Assembly (NCBI GenBank): GCA_051874735.1
Contig: JBJEGD010000031.1
Coordinates: forward strand, 130,681-194,680
Reading direction: 5' to 3'
From: Candidatus Bruticola sp.
Lineage (GTDB): Bacteria; Vulcanimicrobiota; Xenobia; Xenobiales; Xenobiaceae
Length of the DNA: 64,000 bases
Part shown: piece by piece, positions 21,201-30,042 of the stretch
Position numbering within the stretch: position 1 is the stretch's first letter
Layout of the letters: each line of letters starts with the position of its first letter
Notes under the pieces: model-generated
Database searches by the model: none
What the model saw: only the letters and a program-made list of their open reading frames with translations
Told to the model about the DNA's origin: nothing
Position numbers and translations under genes: made by a program

Positions 21201-24200
21201 AATATCGCGCACTGTGTGCAGAGAGCCTATCTCATCGGGCCCTATAGCTGAAGCCGCCGGAATGATCTTTTGGACAGCAGCTAAGATTTCGACCCTTTTT
21301 ATAGAGTCGATACCTAAATCGTTTTCCAAATCCATATCCAGATTTAGCGTTTCTAATGGATAGCCAGTCATATCGGCTACAACCTTCAGTACGGTATCTT
21401 CATTGCTAAATGCTGAGTCGGCAGCTATTTTAGCAACAGTAACCTCTGAAGTTACCTGAGAGTTATTACCCAAACGGTTGATAATATCGCGCAGAGTGTG
21501 TAAAGAACCGATTTCCTCAGGACTGATGGTAGCAGCTGAAGGCAGAGATTTCTGGACAGTAGCCAGAATTTCTACCCTTTTAATAGAGTCGATGCCCAAG
21601 TCGCTCTCTAGATCCATATCGGTATTTAGTGTCTCTACCGGATAGCCAGTCATATCAGATACAATCTTAATGATAACTTCTTCCGCAGGAACAGACTTGG
21701 CGCCATTTTGTTCTTGGATAGCGTCATTCGGCTGAGCACCTGTTGTTTTGTTAGAAGTGAGTCTATCTAAAATTTGACGCAAAGTGTGCAGAGAACCGAT
21801 TTCGTCTGGGCTGATGGCTGTTGTGCCGGACAGCTGTTTTTGGATGGCAGCTAGAATTTCTACTCTTTTAATCGAGTCGATACCCAAGTCATTTTCCAAA
21901 TCCATATCGAGGTTTAAAGTTTCAACAGGATAACCTGTCGTTTCAGCCACTACACTCAGAAGTAGATTTTCGGGATCTTGAACTTTAGCGTCATTCTGAG
22001 CAGAAGCCTCGGCGATAACCTTCTTTTCGGAAACACTGCTCTGGGAAGCGTTTTCGGCAAGGCTGTTAGATTTTAAATTATTCAGCTTATCGGCAATTTG
22101 GCGAAGAGTTTGCAAAGAGCCTATTTCATCGGGAGCTATAACTTTAGCTTGAGGGAATCTTTTCTGTACGGCTGCTATAATTTCAACCCGTTTAATAGAG
22201 TCAATGCCCAGATCGGTCTCTAAATTCATGTCTAAGTTGATCATATCCGCCGGATAACCGGTCATTTCGGCTACTGTGCCGATAATAGCGGCAGTCAAAT
22301 CGCCTGCCTGCTCAGTCTGGGGGGCGGCAGGCATTTTCAATTTCATTTCAGTTACAGCAGTAGCTGGAGCTTCTGCGTTTACTTCTGAAATAGGTTTAGC
22401 TAAAGGCTTGGCTGCTGAAAAGGCAGACATAGCTGAAGATATAGGCACTGAAACTAAGGGCTCAGGCTCAGCAGGGGGTTGGAAATAGGGACGATGCTCC
22501 GCCAAAGGAATGCTGGCCGTCTGGACAGTAGCCAAGTTAGAAACGGTTGTTAAATTGGCGCTATCTTGGCTGAAAGGTTGTGAACACACCTTACTGATAG
22601 GTTCTGCTCCTAAGCTTAATTGCGCTAAAGTTTGCTGAGAGGCAATAATACTCTGCAGAGTCTGTTGAATCTGCACTTGACTATCTAAAAAGCGCAAATG
22701 AGCATTGGCTGTTTGCTGTTGCAGAGTTTGCATAGCTTCCAGGCCAATTTGTATGGTGCGAAAAGCCTGACTCAGCATAGAACTATCAGTTTTTAAAGTC
22801 GTGCTAGTACCAAAAGAGCTGAGATGAGTATTTTGAACGGCAGCTGCTTTTAGGTCTGTCGCCGAAGCTGGAGAAGTGTAACTTTGCGATGTAGGCTCAG
22901 TTAAAGGAGAGGATACGAATATAGGTTGGGGCTGAGACGCGTAGGAAGATTGAACCGGTTTAGTAACTTCATCGGTTGTTGATGGCGTACAGCGAGGGGC
23001 GGCCTGAACTGCGGACAATCCCGGGGTGGAGACTTCCTTGGGGGTAGGAGCCTCTTTATCAATGTGAATGTCGTCAGGCTTTTGGGCAGCCGGAACTGAA
23101 TCAAAAGCGACTTCTCCCAATTCTACAGGAGCAGACGGATTGACCACTGGATTATCGCTGATAAATTTGAGGGGCTGATAGCCTTCCACCGGTTGAATGG
23201 GATCACAGCTAGGAGCTGGAGCATGTTTGCCAGGAGTACGGTAGTTAGCTCCGCAGATAGGCACAATCATGCGTTTATGGCGTGGTTCGCTGATATTTTC
23301 TTCCCATTTAGCAAGATCTACTGGGTAGCCTAAAGCGGACAGTTGGGCTAAAACTTGGGCTAAGCAGACTAACTCTCCGCCTCCGCGGCGTCCGTCGGTA
23401 GCGAGCATGTAGTGAGCTTTACTTCCCAAAATCTTTTTTACTAAACCGGTTAAAACCGTTTTCGGTCCGACTTCAATAAAAGTGCGGAAGCCATCAGCGT
23501 ACATGTTTTCAATAATATCAATGAAACGCACCGAGCTGACCAACTGTTCTCCCAGAGTCCGGCGGAGCTGTTCAATATCGTCTGTATAAACTTTACCAGT
23601 GACATCAGCATAGACTGGAATCTTAGGAGCTTGCAGTTTAATTTTGCTCAAAGCCTCGCAGAAAGGCTCTTTGGCAGTAGCCATAAGAGAACTATGGAAA
23701 GCGGCCGATACTTGAAGACGCTTAGCAGTAATGCGGCGCGATTTACAAATTTCTTCTGCCTGGCTGACGGCTTCTTTAGAGCCGGAGATAACACCCTGAG
23801 AGGGATGATTGCGGTTAGCCAGTACCAGATCTCCACCAACTTCTTGTACTATTTCTTCAATGGTTGAAAGAGGAGCGGAAACTGCTGACATAGCGCCACG
23901 TCCTCCGTCTCCCTTAGCCATAAGGGAACCGCGCAGAGCTGAGAGGGCGAAGAGATCCGATTGAGTGTAAACACCGGCTTGTTGAAGGGCTACCAGCTCT
24001 CCGTAAGAGTGGCCGGCCATAGCTTGAGGTAACACTCCAAAGCCGCGCAGAATAGAGGCTGCTGCTGATTCGGCAGCTCCTAAGCAAGGCTGGGCTGCGC
24101 GGGTATCAGTGATAGCCTTAGTCTGGGCTGTCTCTTCTCCTTCAGCAAAAGTTTTTATGGGGAAGATAAGCTGAGCTGGATCCTGGCTATCCTCCAAAGT

Positions 24201-26021
24201 GTTATGAGCTGTTTCTAAAGCCGCCAACGCTTCAGGGAAAATACTGAAAAATTCGCGATCCATACCGACATACTGGCTGCCTTGACCGGGGAAGAGGAAG
24301 GCTATTTTGCCAGGTTCAGAAGAGGCGTCGCCGTAGAAAGAACCACTGGGAAGCGAGCCAGACGCATCTTTATTTTGCTCCAAAGCCTCGGCTAATTCGT
24401 TAAGTTTAGACGAGTAATCATTAGGTCCACAGACCAGTAGGGTACGAACCGCTGCATCTGCCCGGAAATTACGGCGCGACAAATTGGCCTTATAGGCGGC
24501 TTCATAAAATTCGCAAGCGGCGGCGCTGCGGATATCAGCAATTAAAGAACTGCGCTCTGCAGAACTAAAAGCCCAAATCTGCACAGAACCGTCCCAGGCT
24601 GGAACGGTGCGCTGCCGATTGTATTCTTCTAAAACAACGTGGAAATTGCTGCCTCCAAAGCCAAAAGACGAGACGCCGCTGCGTCTGACTTCACCTTTCT
24701 TGACAACCCAAGGTTTAGTTTGAGTGCTTATATAGAAAGGAGTCTCTTCCAGACCTAATTTAGGATTGGGACGGCTAACGTGTAAAGTCGGCAGAATAAC
24801 TTTGTGGAAAAGAGATAAGCTGGCTTTGCAGAGACTGGCGGCTCCAGCCGAAGCTTTAGTATGACCAATTTGTGATTTGACAGTACCTAAGGCGCAGCTG
24901 CTCTTTTTATCTACGTTTTTAAAAACGCTCTTCAAAGCGTTAAATTCCACGACATCGCCTACTTTTGTACCGGTGCCGTGAGCCTCAATTAGACCTATGT
25001 CAGCGGGGGTAATTCCCGCTTCTTTATAGGCTCTTTCTAAAGCTAAACTTTGACCAGGAGCACTGGGAGCGTAAATAGCTCCGGAATTTCCGTCTGAAGA
25101 AGCCCCCAGTCCTTTTATGACTGCATAAATTCGATCTCCGTCGCGTTCGGCGTCAGCTAAACGCTTAAGTACTAAAACACCTATGCCTTCTCCTAAAAGA
25201 GTACCGTCGCAATCTTCGGAAAAAGGAGCTATATGTCCGGAGTCAGACAGAGCTGGAGTCTTGCTGAAGCAAGTGAACATAAATACATCATTGAAGGTAT
25301 CTGTGCCGCCAGTTAGCACCATATCGGCATTACCTGAGCGAAGTTCAGAGAGAGCCAGATGGACCGCTGCCAGAGAACTAGCACAGGCTGCATCGACGGC
25401 GCAGTTAGCTCCGTGTAAGTCAAGGCGATTAGCTATGCGCCCTGCTACTACGTTGCCCAGCAAGCCTGGAAATGAATTTTCCTGCCAAGATACATAAGAA
25501 TCAGCAATACTGGCAACTACTTTTTCAGCTGTAGCTTTATCAACTCCGGCTTCAGCTAAAGCCTTGCGCCAGCGAGGATGGCCTAAGCGAGCTCCCAGAG
25601 GAATAACCATTTCCAAGGCGCCCGTTACGCCTAAAATAACGCTGGTCGTATCCTTAGGAACGGCTTTGCCCCCCTGACCGTAACCAGCATCTTCCAAAGC
25701 GGCCTTGGCGCCAGCTAAACCGAGAAGTTGAGAAGTATCTGTAGCTTCTAAAACATTGGGCGGAATGTTAAATTCTGTGGGATCGAAGGGGTAAGGTTCC
25801 AAGAATCCGCCTACTTTGGCGTAACAGCGATCGGGACTGTTGTGATCGCCGTCGTACAAATCGTTTACCGACCAATGAGTAGCAGGAACCGGGCCTATAC
25901 AATCAGTTCCGGTGCGCAAAATACGCCAAAAACTCTGGCGGCTGTCGGCTTTAGGAAAAAGGCACCCCATGCCGATAATAGCAATGGGCAGATTATGATT
26001 ATTCTTGTAATTAGAAGACAC
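18261..26021 (-). CDS. pfaA: PUFA synthase PfaA/Pfa2-like: KS-MAT-ACPx4-KR-DH
   Basis: ENSFPGLLGNVVAGRIANR, DAACASS, EAHGTGT; MAT GQGSQ, GHSYG, AFHS; four LGIDSIKRVEI ACPs; KR TGGARGVT, HGAGVLAD, DYAMANE; PKS-type DH HILGGHSVMP and DCALQ; GTG start at 26021 with SD AGGAG. Confidence 0.92.
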   Translation of the reverse strand: MSSNYKNNHNLPIAIIGMGCLFPKADSRQSFWRILRTGTDCIGPVPATHWSVNDLYDGDHNSPDRCYAKVGGFLEPYPFDPTEFNIPPNVLEATDTSQLLGLAGAKAALEDAGYGQGGKAVPKDTTSVILGVTGALEMVIPLGARLGHPRWRKALAEAGVDKATAEKVVASIADSYVSWQENSFPGLLGNVVAGRIANRLDLHGANCAVDAACASSLAAVHLALSELRSGNADMVLTGGTDTFNDVFMFTCFSKTPALSDSGHIAPFSEDCDGTLLGEGIGVLVLKRLADAERDGDRIYAVIKGLGASSDGNSGAIYAPSAPGQSLALERAYKEAGITPADIGLIEAHGTGTKVGDVVEFNALKSVFKNVDKKSSCALGTVKSQIGHTKASAGAASLCKASLSLFHKVILPTLHVSRPNPKLGLEETPFYISTQTKPWVVKKGEVRRSGVSSFGFGGSNFHVVLEEYNRQRTVPAWDGSVQIWAFSSAERSSLIADIRSAAACEFYEAAYKANLSRRNFRADAAVRTLLVCGPNDYSSKLNELAEALEQNKDASGSLPSGSFYGDASSEPGKIAFLFPGQGSQYVGMDREFFSIFPEALAALETAHNTLEDSQDPAQLIFPIKTFAEGEETAQTKAITDTRAAQPCLGAAESAAASILRGFGVLPQAMAGHSYGELVALQQAGVYTQSDLFALSALRGSLMAKGDGGRGAMSAVSAPLSTIEEIVQEVGGDLVLANRNHPSQGVISGSKEAVSQAEEICKSRRITAKRLQVSAAFHSSLMATAKEPFCEALSKIKLQAPKIPVYADVTGKVYTDDIEQLRRTLGEQLVSSVRFIDIIENMYADGFRTFIEVGPKTVLTGLVKKILGSKAHYMLATDGRRGGGELVCLAQVLAQLSALGYPVDLAKWEENISEPRHKRMIVPICGANYRTPGKHAPAPSCDPIQPVEGYQPLKFISDNPVVNPSAPVELGEVAFDSVPAAQKPDDIHIDKEAPTPKEVSTPGLSAVQAAPRCTPSTTDEVTKPVQSSYASQPQPIFVSSPLTEPTSQSYTSPASATDLKAAAVQNTHLSSFGTSTTLKTDSSMLSQAFRTIQIGLEAMQTLQQQTANAHLRFLDSQVQIQQTLQSIIASQQTLAQLSLGAEPISKVCSQPFSQDSANLTTVSNLATVQTASIPLAEHRPYFQPPAEPEPLVSVPISSAMSAFSAAKPLAKPISEVNAEAPATAVTEMKLKMPAAPQTEQAGDLTAAIIGTVAEMTGYPADMINLDMNLETDLGIDSIKRVEIIAAVQKRFPQAKVIAPDEIGSLQTLRQIADKLNNLKSNSLAENASQSSVSEKKVIAEASAQNDAKVQDPENLLLSVVAETTGYPVETLNLDMDLENDLGIDSIKRVEILAAIQKQLSGTTAISPDEIGSLHTLRQILDRLTSNKTTGAQPNDAIQEQNGAKSVPAEEVIIKIVSDMTGYPVETLNTDMDLESDLGIDSIKRVEILATVQKSLPSAATISPEEIGSLHTLRDIINRLGNNSQVTSEVTVAKIAADSAFSNEDTVLKVVADMTGYPLETLNLDMDLENDLGIDSIKRVEILAAVQKIIPAASAIGPDEIGSLHTVRDILNRLSPNNHPTPPENGPQPTNGGKEKKNNDKGTEAINEASSESNLPLAAEQVPKETSAALNSSSNQTEGDHPAAAEQVAEDHSSAAAAAAANDENPPSNSAVKNTAEALAEALAPNGQMLKRRKLYYEESPAPNKTVDIDAQGLYVITDDGYIAPALCSAMEQLGLQACLISKDQPLTDQHLSMANHFAGLIVIMPSFPLYEVGDFFFKRSAAEEALKDCFKLVRQQCQIWKQINQVPGLFLTVTRMDGRFGTFDEASNPIEAGLHGLAKVVAQEYPNLRSRSFDFCVDDNPDRIAAEIIAELLIDGSNEIGIDRRGVRRIPVLREEKLGFNGENLPKLGSTIIVTGGARGVTADCAKLLAKHGKFNFVLIGRSPIPVPEWTQTKSAQTARDLKALLYQQAKQSGKSISPKLLESECRRILVNREISQNINDIRACGSQAEYISLDVRDDSLINQIVADIRKRLGPITGFIHGAGVLADRYICDKTDDQFSMVFDTKVNGLYNFMQALQDDPLQFVVTFSSVSARFGRPGQADYAMANEVMNKFTYTASALYPQTRFEAMGWGPWEGGMVDESLKRKFEQLGVEVIERGRGARALTAEVLLGHDQACELVMGDGFNVPSEDNSSENQEKQPAEEVSRLAKSLGLDSNEEEKGDDSQRPFALTGPKPVRLPNRASSDETAAPYDDCSGIDRCDPYNRTLNSEYYPLLEDHILGGHSVMPAALMVELAAQACRKYFPQYRFLGCDNLRVLRPVTLPLGREQGQPDKHIADSEIDIVIRRAEPIRDELRVSFVINHRKPNSTPHKCAEGTVVLALKPGLPHKPSSRLNPIEENGYPCTMPEAYNKYLFHGPKLRGIDKVRACGQHVLAADVTDSGVKLMNHPQETPITHPLFLDCALQSGLLWSGAQRGLCSLPMFGGSYRQYVDKFPEKAHILLYPKEADTNEMRGDIFLTDNKGEVLAEWRDVHWIMSSSLAESFRSNCF
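21190..22300 (-). repeat. Four tandem ACP domain repeats within pfaA
   Basis: Repeated TGYP..LN.DM.LE.DLGIDSIKRVEI.A..QK...I.P.EIGSL.T unit, four copies (approximate bounds). Confidence 0.85.
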
Positions 26022-27670
26022 TATAACGACTCCTGTAACAGCGAGGCTAATTCTTGGATAGGAAGGGGAGCAAAACGCTTCCACTGGGCTGGGAGCTCGA
26101 CTCCCTGATTGCAAAGAAGCGAGGTTCTGGTCAGGATGCAAGCCCCAGTCATAATATTAAGTGCTGCCAAATCTGCGTGGCGCTCTTTTACGTTTTCCAT
26201 AAATGTTCCTTTGCACCACTCATTAAAGCTGCCCATAGATGGACCGCACCAGATTTGGTAATCGGCTCGGCGATCGGGAAGACCGGCATTGGCCCAGCGT
26301 GAAGCTTGCCCCAAGTATGATCTAAAAACTAACGCCATCTTGTGCTTAGGGTCTAGTTCTGCTTTAGTAATTTGCCGCGGGTCTCGTTTAGCAAAGAAAG
26401 CTTTCGTATTTTGCCAAGCTTCTTCAAAGCTGGAGCGCAGCATAGTCTTTTCTATTTGCTCCCTAGTTGAAGGCGGCACTTCGCTAAATGAATTGTAAGT
26501 GCGGTAAACTTCATAGAGACGTTTCGCCCTTACTGGGAACATCGTTCCCCATTTGAGCACTTGGACATTTACACCCATTTCGAACATGTCGGCAGCTGGG
26601 GCCATAGTGACATCGGCCGGAGAGGCCTTAGCCAGCATCTCCCGTACTACCTGACTGGAACCAGATTCCTGACAGGCCTGATTTATAGAACCAGTCATTA
26701 CGTAGGCTGCTCCCATAGCAAAAGCGGCGGCTGCCGCCTGAGGAGAGGCAATACCCCCGGCTGCGCCTACTGGCACTTGCCATCCCCATTTTTCTTGCAT
26801 TCTGTCTCGTAAATCGAGCATAGATGGAAGTAGTCCGAAAGCGGGACGATTATCTGTGTGTCCTCCGCTGTCAGCCTCAGCAGTTATAGCTGAGGCGGGG
26901 GGCAGCAGATAGGCTGCGGCTGCTTCTTCTTGGGTCAGCAGTCCCTGATCAGCTAAAGCAGAAATCATTTCTTGAGGTGGAGGAGCCAGCAGTTTCGCGG
27001 CTACTTCTAAGCGTGATACTTTTGCAAAAACATGATGCGGAGCGCTGATTGTGCCGTCGGGCAAACGCTTTATCCCGCTGTATCGGTAATGAAGCAGCGC
27101 CGGAGTTAAGCCTAAAAAGGCTGAAGCTTCAATACAACTGACTTTATTGTCTATAAAAAGCTGAGCAGTTTCTTTTTCCAGTTGCTGATCAGAAGGACTG
27201 TGAATTAAATTGAAACCATGCGGCAGAGAGCCAAGTTTTTGTTTGAGAGAATGAATGTGAGCTTCTGCTTCTTTTAAACTGAGTCCGGCAGAGCCGAAAA
27301 AGCCCATCATGCCAGCTTTAGCCATAGCTTCAACTAAATTCTCGGAGGCTATGCCGTTAGCCATAGAACCACTTAGACAGGCATAGCGCAGTGAATAAGT
27401 GCGGCGGAATGATTCTTGGCCCAGTTCACTGGGAGGCAGTGCTGGAGCTAAGGCTAATAAAGGCAGGCTTCCTGCGGCAAATGAAGCAGGAAACTGGCAT
27501 ATCCCGTCTTCGAAGAGGGTAAAGGGCAGTTCTTGATCTTTCCATATCGAAGGGGAGGCAACTGCGAAAACAGGTTGTTTCAAATTGCGCAGCACAGCAA
27601 CTGGGTCTGGGCGTTTGGCAGTCGTCTGGGGAGTCCAGCTGCCCGTAACTTTTATGCAGGAATTTGCCAT
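26021..27670 (-). CDS. pfaD: PfaD-family FMN-dependent enoyl reductase
   Basis: SMANGIAS, IEASAF, AEADSGGHTDNR, MAPAADMFEMGV, YQIWCGPSMG. Confidence 0.93.
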   Translation of the reverse strand: MANSCIKVTGSWTPQTTAKRPDPVAVLRNLKQPVFAVASPSIWKDQELPFTLFEDGICQFPASFAAGSLPLLALAPALPPSELGQESFRRTYSLRYACLSGSMANGIASENLVEAMAKAGMMGFFGSAGLSLKEAEAHIHSLKQKLGSLPHGFNLIHSPSDQQLEKETAQLFIDNKVSCIEASAFLGLTPALLHYRYSGIKRLPDGTISAPHHVFAKVSRLEVAAKLLAPPPQEMISALADQGLLTQEEAAAAYLLPPASAITAEADSGGHTDNRPAFGLLPSMLDLRDRMQEKWGWQVPVGAAGGIASPQAAAAAFAMGAAYVMTGSINQACQESGSSQVVREMLAKASPADVTMAPAADMFEMGVNVQVLKWGTMFPVRAKRLYEVYRTYNSFSEVPPSTREQIEKTMLRSSFEEAWQNTKAFFAKRDPRQITKAELDPKHKMALVFRSYLGQASRWANAGLPDRRADYQIWCGPSMGSFNEWCKGTFMENVKERHADLAALNIMTGACILTRTSLLCNQGVELPAQWKRFAPLPIQELASLLQESL

Positions 27671-27965
27671 ATTAATATATTTTATGTCCTTTTATCCGCT
27701 CTAAACAAAATGCGGTGGAAATTGTTCTTTAAACAACCGTATTTGGCTGTGATCTTAACTTAAGAACAGCTTTGCAATTTCTCTGATTCTCAGATAAAGC
27801 CACGGCTTTTCCATTCTTAGTCCATATAATTTACTTAAGTTTTGCCCTACTGTCAAATATCTATTAATATTGGAATTAGTCTGTATCTTGCGCTGTCTTA
27901 GAGGATAGTAAAGCCGATCTGGTTGGGAGCAGGAATCATCCCTGATTAAGTGCAAAAATACCACC

Positions 27966-28811
27966 ATGATCAACCGAGACATTTTAGCCAAATTTTTTAG
28001 ATATTACGTTGTGGCTTATCGCCTGGAACATGATATCGACTGGGCAAAAGCCGATGCTTCTTTTTGGAGCTACGAACTAGCTGTGCAGTCAGGCAGCTCT
28101 TCCAAGATTCCCATTTTGCGCAAAGTCTTTAAAGGCAAGAATCTTGTGGCAGATGAAAAAGAAGGTAGCGTTATTTGCAAGGCTCCTTTCTGCCCAATAG
28201 AAAGTCTGCCTTCGTTCGACGAGATGCTGAGCAGCTTAGAAAATAAGGCCAAGGATCTTAATGGTTCCAAATTCCAAATTCAGCTGCTCATTTCCCACAA
28301 AGACGACGAACTTAAAGAAGATTTCGATAGGGAAATGCAGTGGCAGTGGCTTGTTTCTTCTCCCCGCATCTGCGAGTTGTTTATCTTGGGAGAAATAAAA
28401 GATAATTCTGTCTGCTTTGAATCATGCTTCCACTCCTGCTATCAATCTGATCACAACCGCGATATAAGCGAAGATATTTCCGTGATGATTGCTCAGTGGG
28501 AAAAAGTCTATAAAGAAGTCGCTTCAGCTTACGTGGCTCCTACTGATGAAAAAGCCATTATGTCGGTTCTTAAGAAAGAAAATTGGGGAGCCAGCAGCAG
28601 CGAGCATACTTATCCCTGCGAAAGTCAGGAAGAAGCTGATGAAATTTTTGACACTTGCCATAAACTTGGCGTTTTTGAGAGTCGTGGACTTTCAAAAGAA
28701 CGTCATCTTTTGCGTAGCAAGCTTGGACTTATAGAAATGGTCGATTTGGTCTACAGTCGCAGGTATGCCAGAGCTTATCAGCTTTTCGGTTGTGAAGTTT
28801 TGCCTGAATAA
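27966..28811 (+). CDS. Hypothetical protein
   Basis: 281-aa ORF divergent from pfaD; no motif recognised. Confidence 0.6.
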   Translation: MINRDILAKFFRYYVVAYRLEHDIDWAKADASFWSYELAVQSGSSSKIPILRKVFKGKNLVADEKEGSVICKAPFCPIESLPSFDEMLSSLENKAKDLNGSKFQIQLLISHKDDELKEDFDREMQWQWLVSSPRICELFILGEIKDNSVCFESCFHSCYQSDHNRDISEDISVMIAQWEKVYKEVASAYVAPTDEKAIMSVLKKENWGASSSEHTYPCESQEEADEIFDTCHKLGVFESRGLSKERHLLRSKLGLIEMVDLVYSRRYARAYQLFGCEVLPE

Positions 28812-28904
28812 ATTGAGTAGATACTGTTTCGTTGTGTGTAGGGCGGCGCAGATATAACTGAACCGCCTGAACTGTTTTTTCGCAGATGGTGAAGGCGGTA
28901 AGCT

Positions 28905-29894
28905 ATGTATTTTTCTAAATTCAATTTAAAAAAAATCGCTTTTTCAATAGTTTTGGCTGTAGGGGTCGGCTGCTGTTTGGCTGGCGGAGCCGCTTGCAGC
29001 AATGTCGGCACTGTCGATAAAAATGAACTTCGGAAAGAGTCTAAGAGTTCTGAATCTTTATCGGTTAGTTCGAGCGAGCATAGAGTCTCAGAACAGCCAG
29101 TGCTTACTCTAGCCACCTGGAATTTAGAGAATTTTTTCGATACGGTTGACGACGATTATAATGATGATGTGCTTACTGAATCGGAATATGCTGATAAGCT
29201 GAGTAGAGTAAGCTCTGTCCTTCAGCAGGTCGGCGCTGATGTCGTAGGAGTTGAAGAAATTGAGAACTCCCAAGTTCTGTCCGATTTAGGGCGTCGCAGC
29301 GGGTACCCTTACTATGTACTCATTCCCGGTAACGATAAAGTTCGAGGTATAAATGTAGGCGTGCTTTCAAAAGTGCCGGTGCGTAATTGCGTAACTCACA
29401 CTCAAGACAGCTTTATTCAGCCGAAAGGTAAGCGCTCTGCAGTGTTTTCCCGAGATTGTTTAGAAGTGCACTTTAATCATAAAAGTAATTTTACACTTCT
29501 AGTAAATCATTTTAAGAGCAAACGCGGAGGAGCGGCTACAGACGCCAAACGTATCGCTCAGGCTAAGCGAGTGAAAGAAATAGCTCGTTCGCTGAGTTCT
29601 TATCCTACAGCCATATGCGGCGACTTAAATGATACTCCTGAAGCTAAGACGCTTCGTCCTTTGCTTAGTTGTACTTTCCTCACCGATGTTTTAGGACATT
29701 TACCCGAGACAGAGAGGCGCAGCTTCTTTAATAGTAGGTATCAGTCAGCTCTAGATTATATTATTGTCAATGAGAAGCTCAAGCCGGCTGTAGTTCCGAA
29801 CAGCGCTATGGTTTGTGCCGATATACCCGACATAGAGAAAGCTAGCGATCATCGGCCGGTTAAAGTTATTTTCGATTTCCGCAAAATTAAATAG
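28905..29894 (+). CDS. Exported endonuclease/exonuclease/phosphatase (EEP) family protein
   Basis: ATWNLENFFD, VGVEEIEN, NHFKSK, CGDLND, LDYI, SDHRPV; signal/lipobox-like N-terminus. Confidence 0.85.
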   Translation: MYFSKFNLKKIAFSIVLAVGVGCCLAGGAACSNVGTVDKNELRKESKSSESLSVSSSEHRVSEQPVLTLATWNLENFFDTVDDDYNDDVLTESEYADKLSRVSSVLQQVGADVVGVEEIENSQVLSDLGRRSGYPYYVLIPGNDKVRGINVGVLSKVPVRNCVTHTQDSFIQPKGKRSAVFSRDCLEVHFNHKSNFTLLVNHFKSKRGGAATDAKRIAQAKRVKEIARSLSSYPTAICGDLNDTPEAKTLRPLLSCTFLTDVLGHLPETERRSFFNSRYQSALDYIIVNEKLKPAVVPNSAMVCADIPDIEKASDHRPVKVIFDFRKIK

Positions 29895-30042
29895 CTCTGC
29901 TGGGGCTACTTGTCTATGGCAGTAGCAGTTTTAAAGTTTGCAGACATATTATTAAGCTGTGCCGCTTGTGTTGACCTGAAGCTGCACGGCTTTATGTTTT
30001 TTTTAGGTATGGCCGTCTTTTTATTAAAAAGGAAAAGTATTT

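Noticed and set aside
21190-22300. Repeats as a CRISPR array or mobile element
   Set aside because: They are ~220-bp in-frame ACP domain duplications, with no short repeat-spacer periodicity and no cas genes
11506-26812. Numerous 60-105 aa antisense or off-frame ORFs inside the pfa genes
   Set aside because: No motifs or SD support; expected by chance within very long CDSs
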